This document shows, one piece after another, positions 63,301 through 64,000 of a DNA stretch of 64,000 nucleotides. The stretch spans positions 23,560,001 to 23,624,000 of the forward strand of contig OZ365112.1 in NCBI GenBank assembly GCA_977030845.1. The letters are read 5' to 3'. Each line of letters opens with the position of its first letter. Positions within the stretch are counted from its first letter, which is position 1. Made by a program: the position numbers and the translations under genes. Below the pieces are notes generated by a model. The model was not told the origin of the DNA and did no database searches. It saw only the letters and a program-made list of their open reading frames with translations. The DNA is from Fimbriosthenelais zetlandica. Taxonomy: Eukaryota.

Positions 63301-63721
63301 CGTTGCACTTTGAAGTGACAGATTAAGCTTGATATAGGCATTGGTCTTGATATCAAATACATTGGTTAGATTAGCAGGAATCTTTACTAAAATCTCTGGT
63401 GGAGGTCCTTTATGTACAAGTATCGGTGATGTTTCGCAGGTCTGTTAAACTCTTTGAATGCATAATTATCTACATTGATCTAAATACTCTGGTCTGCAAA
63501 AAGAAGTAGATAAATGTGCCTTGATCTTTTCATAAAAGACATATTGGTTGTTTTCATTGTTATCACACTTTGGTTATATTGATGGGAATCCTAGCATTGC
63601 TGGCTGTTTCAGACAATGAACCTGACCCCTCACAAGTCAACTGTCCCTGTCCAGGAGCGACTGTAAGAGCAGATGAAGGATTATGTCCTGATGTCTGGTC
63701 TCCTACTAATGGATGTAGATG
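162..63721 (+). CDS. Giant multi-exon secreted/extracellular-type mosaic protein (FOLN-like, WAP, ~109 sushi/CCP-like, 4 Kunitz), partial at both ends
   Basis: About 140 exons flanked by pyrimidine-tract AG and GT. Every module begins and ends in phase 1, and split modules have a matching internal phase-2 intron, so the joined CDS (about 20.7 kb) stays open. Cys/Trp patterns of sushi, Kunitz and WAP are visible in translation. No ATG/signal exon or terminal exon in the window. Confidence 0.9.
644..784 (+). CDS. WAP (four-disulfide core) domain exon
   Basis: 141-nt phase 1-1 exon, gtacag|...|gtaagt. ELNRCPRYRVSFCPNGDVDQCTADNACTGGQGCCFDGCRRVCQALTT has 8 Cys with the CC-x3-C-x3-C WAP ending. 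Confidence 0.9.
920..1193 (+). CDS. FOLN-like module, join(920..939,1118..1193)
   Basis: atttcag|20 nt|gtaagt and catttag|76 nt|gtaagc. Reads MTLTCDQVTCEPGFVCRLVTMNGETFPRCEM, matching the FOLN pattern C-x2-V-x-C-x2-G-x2-C-xn-P-x-C. Confidence 0.8.
1596..1598 (+). other. Candidate 3-nt micro-exon (CTG)
   Basis: tttgttcttttctacctcag|ctg|gtaagc: strong acceptor and donor around 3 nt, frame-preserving, inside a 2.1-kb intron. Confidence 0.35.
1648..1843. mobile_element. Degenerate MITE-like element with imperfect inverted repeats
   Basis: Left ...gcccaca...ccaaccgatcggcagat (1648-1677) versus reverse complement of 1814-1843 ...gcccaca...ccaaccgaccgccagat. GC-richer than the flanks. No TSD identified. 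Confidence 0.3.
3289..3566 (+). CDS. Canonical sushi/CCP, join(3289..3334,3436..3566)
   Basis: TTCPSLSAPANGAI / STTGSSVGATITFECDPGFTLIGWRTITCQENNFWSGDPPVCQ. Internal phase-2 intron after NG-x-x. Absent from the + ORF track. Confidence 0.9.
3687..3996 (+). CDS. Canonical sushi/CCP, join(3687..3735,3860..3996)
   Basis: GSCPDNLGTPLNGFK / VNGPVPPGTTIVFSCTNGFQLQGQAIITCLSNLVYDAPPPICVQT. GT-AG sites. Confidence 0.9.
4150..4461 (+). CDS. Canonical sushi/CCP, join(4150..4198,4331..4461)
   Basis: RRCPDILGTPVNGFR / VNGDFSPGTQIRFDCNIGFQIQGQSVVTCLDSLAFDAPAPVCV. Confidence 0.9.
4826..5002 (+). CDS. Single-exon divergent sushi-like module
   Basis: 177 nt, phase 1-1. ISCGTFPQLSGVEPSDIPTSPDTNYPATFNLRCAGSTTTITVSCGLDGNWTTFGMCLA. 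Donor gtgcat is weak. Confidence 0.8.
5433..5615 (+). CDS. Kunitz/BPTI domain 1 (P1 = Phe)
   Basis: 183 nt, gtacag|...|gttaga. TPIERVCYEPRDPGPCFQFLLRYFHNSLSGTCERFVYGGCQGNSNRFGTIEECLRICKGT: 6 Cys, FVYGGC-x-GN-x-N-x-F motif. Missing from the + ORF track. Confidence 0.95.
6307..6603 (+). CDS. Canonical sushi/CCP, join(6307..6352,6470..6603)
   Basis: VTCPEIGPPINGMR / INGNGGPGTVIRFQCNTNFQLSGAPEIQCLDNGQWNQNPPVCIG. Confidence 0.9.
7154..11333 (+). CDS. Array block 1: 10 single-exon sushi-like cassettes alternating type A (5 Cys) and type B (4 Cys)
   Basis: Exons A 7154-7330, B 7530-7712, A 8041-8217, B 8335-8523, A 8622-8798, B 8963-9142, A 9685-9861, B 10283-10462, A 10763-10939, B 11154-11333. 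All lengths are multiples of 3, phase 1-1, AG/GT flanked. Motif CGP(L/I)P-x-(V/I/L)PN-x4-WP-x-NP-x-T-x2-GS-x-Y-x3-C-x12-C-x2-3-G-x-W-x5-C. Confidence 0.9.
9313..9628 (+). pseudogene. Fossil exon pair (truncated type A plus frameshifted type B)
   Basis: 9313-9380 reads IPCGPIPAFPNTAQPWPFNPN behind AA instead of AG and is then truncated. 9449-9628 resembles type B (CGPLRNVNN...DNWP...VRCLSGY...gttgttcacacacaa|gttag) with stops and frameshifts. Confidence 0.75.
11598..11790 (+). pseudogene. Highly decayed A-5'/B-3' exon remnants
   Basis: ctctcAA|tc ttc cac tgt ggc tca ttg tct gta ttg ttt aat gct gives CGSLSVLFNAFQHLP (cf. CGSIPVLPNAGQPWP). Downstream ITSTCFLCKRQIGNK (cf. ITATCFLTGWQIDNQ). Confidence 0.55.
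11984..22076 (+). CDS. Array block 2: 23 near-identical 177-nt type-A cassettes (E and D subtypes alternating)
   Basis: Exon starts (each 177 nt): 11984, 12410E, 12814D', 13578E, 13859D, 14276E, 14702D, 15111E, 15506D, 15863E, 16289D, 16646E, 17038D', 17879E, 18297D, 18654E, 19060D', 19903E, 20321D, 20678E, 21084D'/D, 21472E, 21900D. E = IECGIIPVLPNAGQPWPSNPITRVGSTYTVPCVTSCTTNTVTVTCLQSGQWQFSGQCT. D = IDCGPIPVLPNAAQPWPSNPLTRCGSTYTVPCLTGCSTDSVTVTCLESGQWQFNGECR. Confidence 0.9.
13221..13341 (+). pseudogene. Decayed type-B pseudo-exon, copy 1
   Basis: cctctag|tt atg gaa agt gga cca... first Cys changed tgt>agt, +1 frameshift giving an early TGA, central deletion, ends ...atagacaacaatgcaca without a GT donor. 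Confidence 0.8.
17452..17580 (+). pseudogene. Decayed type-B pseudo-exon, copy 2
   Basis: cctctag|tc ata gaa agt gga cca cca cca gta tca aaa tgt agc tga. Same lesions as 13221. Confidence 0.8.
19475..19603 (+). pseudogene. Decayed type-B pseudo-exon, copy 3
   Basis: Essentially identical to 17452-17580 at offset 2023. Confidence 0.8.
22400..31600. repeat. Six-exon higher-order repeat, period about 2.57-2.70 kb, about 3.5 copies
   Basis: The VTDCGPIPDLPNAARPW exon recurs at 22483, 25181, 27850, 30415. The cccctgatag-acceptor exon recurs at 23321, 25963, 28640. The cctccccttag-acceptor exon recurs at 24327, 27031, 29646. Confidence 0.85.
22483..31984 (+). CDS. Array block 3: 22 cassettes strictly alternating type A (177 nt, 5 Cys) and type B (180 nt, 4 Cys)
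   Basis: A starts: 22483, 23321, 24327, 25181, 25963, 27031, 27850, 28640, 29646, 30415, 31393. B starts: 22945, 23647, 24725, 25587, 26293, 27441, 28263, 28982, 30036, 30897, 31805. B consensus MDCGPLPIVPNVADNWPFNPDTQFGSTYTVRCLSGFSPSTITATCLLTGWQIDNQCTRR. Confidence 0.9.
32171..35672 (+). CDS. Array block 4: 8 diverged A/B cassettes
   Basis: A 32171-32347, B 32617-32796, A 32920-33099, B 33233-33415, A 33648-33830, A 33982-34164, B 34253-34450, B 35496-35672. All phase 1-1 with the WP motif. Confidence 0.85.
32541..32607. repeat. 30-bp direct duplication in intron
   Basis: tttacttttgttctgaaatgtccgttcctt at 32541-32570 and 32578-32607, immediately upstream of the 32617 acceptor. Confidence 0.9.
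36641..36697. repeat. 19-bp minisatellite, 3 copies
   Basis: tctgag(a/t)ttatcaacttct-like unit repeated three times (first copy tctgagaatatcaacttct). Confidence 0.9.
36861..41444 (+). CDS. Array block 5: 11 Asn/Pro-rich short-loop sushi-like cassettes (dimer repeat, period about 0.83-0.89 kb)
   Basis: 174-nt exons at 36861, 37484, 37925, 38369, 38790, 39235, 39653, 40075, 40521, 40909, and a 183-nt exon 41262-41444. IRCGARPSISNAVPNTENPQNPEPFVGSQYTVRCVDGSQVTVVCGSGGNWQAQGTCR alternates with IQCGQFPNIPNTIPNSRNPPNPGFTSGSQYTETCRQGSLVSVFCDQSGQWQRNGDCA. Most are absent from the ORF track. Confidence 0.9.
41730..41921 (+). CDS. Single-exon divergent sushi-like module (5 Cys)
   Basis: gatgtag|192 nt|gttaga. 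RGCPPFPEVPYVVLEDLPDTPSQHIGCQYALRCLYQSGTTTTVIVRCSEDAEWDISGFCPPPP. Confidence 0.85.
42667..42843 (+). CDS. Single-exon divergent sushi-like module
   Basis: ISCGPFPALPPGAVSWPTDPDPSSTFIWIQCQPGYLPDYISISCNLETRNWLLDGKCT. Confidence 0.85.
43034..43350 (+). CDS. Canonical sushi, join(43034..43079,43220..43350)
   Basis: ATCPDVPQIANGNR / IEGPRTPGTRVIFMCLSGFRLVGEMVVFCQEGFTYSAQFPTCI. Confidence 0.85.
43544..43717 (+). CDS. Single-exon divergent sushi-like module
   Basis: FDCGPPPPLENLVEGWIDGSVTSYLASYSFRCREGFFPIYITLTCREQGWDVSDTCT. Confidence 0.85.
43891..44179 (+). CDS. Canonical sushi, join(43891..43936,44049..44179)
   Basis: KTCPPVVDFEHGTF / MSHDGSPGTVITFTCDTGYVLNGASQIRCLSDFTYDVPVPSCL. Confidence 0.85.
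44327..44503 (+). CDS. Single-exon divergent sushi-like module
   Basis: IDCGDLPERPAGVINWPDQLDSRYPAVYWVECQPGWFPSYVRISCTLQMVWVREGTCR. Confidence 0.85.
45078..45465 (+). CDS. Canonical sushi, join(45078..45120,45335..45465)
   Basis: RCTEPEAPVNGVK / VSGDLSPGTTVRFFCNLGYVLSGRPILTCQDNSQFDFSTPACE. Confidence 0.85.
45585..45770 (+). CDS. Single-exon divergent sushi-like module
   Basis: VDCGRLPDPASLNLMGQWPQLYDTSYQAVQRLRCRRPDFGEQTITFRCTEAAIWQPSGQCR. Confidence 0.85.
46085..46433 (+). CDS. Canonical sushi, join(46085..46136,46291..46433)
   Basis: IRTWCVDIQPPTDGQL / INNDVNGVLFPGAYVTFTCAEGTKLIGADRITCQDNFFYDYPPPTCQ. Confidence 0.8.
46603..46782 (+). CDS. Single-exon divergent sushi-like module
   Basis: IDCGSNVPPLPQGIGDRPTITSTLFMAFYWIPCREGFEPPYMGLFCNRDGVWEQQSPCT. 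Confidence 0.85.
47384..47704 (+). CDS. Canonical sushi, join(47384..47438,47571..47704)
   Basis: IGSARCPTPPQIANGYY / IIGSDLTANTQVRYQCNPGFISMGSSVITCQSNLQFDRFPPTCM. Confidence 0.85.
47901..48314 (+). CDS. Canonical sushi, join(47901..47952,48175..48314)
   Basis: ASRRCERLDPPQNGQS / ISRVQGQLQPGDNITFFCHPGFSLLGEPVLVCLISNEFNHNPPICT. Confidence 0.85.
48474..48650 (+). CDS. Single-exon divergent sushi-like module
   Basis: TACQALPPLPFGVASWPNIMDRGPSAFYWVPCMDGFTPPYIQLACLASGNWEVRGECQ. Confidence 0.85.
48790..49089 (+). CDS. Canonical sushi, join(48790..48841,48959..49089)
   Basis: PTNRCPQNSALANGYT / IIGDLEVGSSMFFFCNNGYTLQGRSELVCEIDLQWDYPAPTCQ. Confidence 0.85.
49289..49471 (+). CDS. Single-exon divergent sushi-like module
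   Basis: SDCGPLPDPFTLNLRGSWPPGAPTTYLQNYTLPCETNFLPPEVTATCTATQGWIYNDFCR. Confidence 0.85.
50088..50516 (+). CDS. Canonical sushi, join(50088..50142,50386..50516)
   Basis: TQGTRCDTPPRPVDGDR / IDGDLTPGTMVTFTCNAGFTLVGERLLQCQQNGRFNSPAPTCV. Confidence 0.85.
50605..50784 (+). CDS. Single-exon divergent sushi-like module
   Basis: TDCTQPPNLLVFGVDPSESVTMTRYPVFMWLRCAPNTMLDFVSLTCLSDGSWSVSSQCS. Confidence 0.85.
51256..51597 (+). CDS. Canonical sushi, join(51256..51307,51467..51597)
   Basis: APSQCPELRRPERGYM / INGGRLIGTTVTFSCEDGFILTGSDNLMCTSNNIWDRETPTCE. Confidence 0.85.
51756..51803 (+). CDS. Candidate 48-nt linker exon with a lone Cys
   Basis: ttatcag|tg act gct gcc agt ggc agt ggc cct gtc cct gag ctc atg tgt aaa g|gtaaat = TAASGSGPVPELMCK, phase 1-1. 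The downstream intron is only 57 nt. Confidence 0.5.
51861..52161 (+). CDS. Canonical sushi, join(51861..51915,52046..52161)
   Basis: SSGMACSSILNPNNGFR / VIGRNISFNCNEGYRLNGPSFILCLPNGQYTQQLPTCE. Confidence 0.85.
52313..52489 (+). CDS. Single-exon divergent sushi-like module
   Basis: AVCGDLPPLPAGVVSWPEIDRRQSPAFYWLTCRPGSNKDYVPLRCSMDGFWITPEDCG. Confidence 0.85.
52964..53398 (+). CDS. Canonical sushi, join(52964..53009,53283..53398)
   Basis: VQCPAINQIRNGYA / ISETETTFTCFQGFSIVGPARIVCQRDGTWSGPVPTCE. Confidence 0.85.
53534..53901 (+). CDS. Canonical sushi, join(53534..53588,53768..53901)
   Basis: TSTPQCVDLLDPINGFI / REGDTNVGSKITFFCNRGFRLTGNGNLTCQSNMEWDQPTPRCVP. Confidence 0.85.
54585..54779 (+). 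CDS. Single-exon divergent sushi-like module
   Basis: ATVTDCGPLPNLDGTRGQWNPGQGTSSGSRHTIQCQNGLAPPVVTAFCSQDGQWQYIDGICRAG. Confidence 0.85.
55811..56161 (+). CDS. Canonical sushi, join(55811..55856,56025..56161)
   Basis: SRCQNPGGIRNGRI / RISNEDFTVGTVVTYICDRGYNLQGDRSIVCRDNLQFTPNPPVCS. Tandem CAGAAG acceptor (56025 or 56028). Confidence 0.85.
56588..56764 (+). CDS. Single-exon divergent sushi-like module
   Basis: SSTGCGALPFIPNIRISDLPTNPTGTETLNVRCERGFSPSTITINCIGGRWTPSQQCI. Confidence 0.85.
57066..57245 (+). CDS. Single-exon divergent sushi-like module
   Basis: IDCGNQIPDTLSLGGGLEDGARTSYGSTHSLPCPDGFTPLRITISCSERATWESNQNCT. Confidence 0.85.
57581..57848 (+). CDS. Canonical sushi, join(57581..57629,57736..57848)
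   Basis: MPDCPNIISPPDGTM / INGTLLRFSCNPGFRLSGPPEILCSAGIWTDNPPTCL. Confidence 0.85.
58046..58231 (+). CDS. Single-exon divergent sushi-like module
   Basis: TICEDSFPTVPNVVRSTIPDFPNPRAAGEPIVLQCETGFSPETVTVQCTEDAEWNVSSRCE. Confidence 0.85.
58540..58719 (+). CDS. Kunitz/BPTI domain 2 (P1 = Asp)
   Basis: PMIGRCSLRLDPGTCDFDVTLYYYNVLTDRCEEFVYGGCGGNDNRFSTELECQNTCGGE. Confidence 0.95.
59154..59440 (+). CDS. Divergent two-exon sushi, join(59154..59208,59313..59440)
   Basis: IPGTCIAPVIQGEVELA / FEGNRLIITCRPGYALDRSDYEIICLTTGNVNILNGILPACR. 4 Cys, conserved Trp lost. Confidence 0.75.
60078..60122. repeat. 20-bp direct repeat in intron
   Basis: gaagctaattgggaatatac at 60078-60097 and 60103-60122. Confidence 0.85.
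60939..61234 (+). CDS. Two-exon sushi, join(60939..60984,61089..61234)
   Basis: IEAGCNSRIVNGEL / SSNNPPRPGDLARLACELGYDPSSTDFFRCVSDGRWENVNDGRAPECR. Confidence 0.85.
62067..62258 (+). CDS. Kunitz/BPTI domain 3 (P1 = Arg)
   Basis: KNGRGDVSFCFLSPETGPCRDYITHFHYNEITGVCETFTYGGCGGNGNNFYSKIDCEQTCSQT. Confidence 0.95.
62459..62644 (+). CDS. Kunitz/BPTI domain 4 (P1 = Gln)
   Basis: FAAPSINLCYEPLNPGPCQGLENRFYFNIQSKECEPFLYGGCGGNQNKFQTKKDCEDICGR. The ORF track shows only another frame. Confidence 0.95.
63613..63721 (+). CDS. Cys-rich linker plus first half of a further split sushi (gene continues beyond the window)
   Basis: gtttcag|...NEPDPSQVNCPCPGATVRADEGLCPDVWSPTNGCR(W)|gttagc, phase 1 to 2. CPDVWSPTNGCR aligns with CPEIGPPINGMR. 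An internal gtaaga at 63663 is an alternative donor. Confidence 0.65.
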
Positions 63722-64000
63722 GTTAGCTTCTCTGTTAAAGTACCCTCCACAATCATCAAATATATCTCCCTATAATATTACTTCCTCATTTGAGTAATAT
63801 ATCATATTCAGCACCTGCAAATGTCTTTCAACATCGATAACAACTGAACCTTCTTATGTAAAATAACTTTATCTCAGTTCAGAAGGGAATAGAGCTCTAC
63901 GCATGCAAAATATCCAGCATATCACATAATTAAATAAATTAATTTGTGTCTATTCCTTAATCTCCTCAGTAGCTGATACATAGATAAATATCGACCATGT

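Noticed and set aside
63230-63445. About 70-codon ATG-less minus-strand open frame (TCETSPILVHKGPPPEILVK...)
   Set aside because: No homology recognisable and no partner exons found.
328-63797. ORF-track entries as stand-alone genes with the listed starts and stops
   Set aside because: Many start at TTG/GTG/CTG in polypyrimidine tracts and run past GT donors into introns. They are exon plus intron read-through, not prokaryote-style genes.
1-64000. Naming the gene as SVEP1, CSMD, CR1, factor H or papilin, or assigning a species
   Set aside because: Diagnostic domains (vWA, pentraxin, CUB, TSP1, Ig, transmembrane) are not seen in the window, and the sequence alone does not fix the taxon.

Overview
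AT-rich eukaryotic (metazoan; probably invertebrate, taxon not determinable) genomic DNA. The whole window is the interior of one giant intron-rich + strand gene; no start exon, signal peptide or stop exon is visible. Reading GT-AG boundaries by hand gives about 140 coding exons (about 20.7 kb, about 6,900 aa) that join in one open frame. Domain order: FOLN-like, WAP, FOLN-like, 3 canonical sushi/CCP, 1 divergent sushi, Kunitz, 1 canonical sushi, then a tandem array of 76 single-exon divergent sushi-like modules (7.2-42.8 kb), then about 15 kb of alternating canonical (two-exon) and divergent (one-exon) sushi, Kunitz, 2 sushi, 2 Kunitz, and the start of another sushi. That is about 109 complete sushi-like modules (20 canonical, 89 divergent) and 4 Kunitz domains. 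Every module is a phase 1-1 symmetric cassette. The array shows strict alternation of modules with and without an extra cysteine, higher-order repeats (about 2.02 kb, 2.6-2.7 kb, 0.86 kb), chimeric exons, long-range exon-restricted homogenisation and several fossil exons. Most supplied ORFs are single exons with intron read-through or their antisense shadows. No RNA genes, CRISPR arrays or intact transposons are supported. All coordinates and counts were made by eye.
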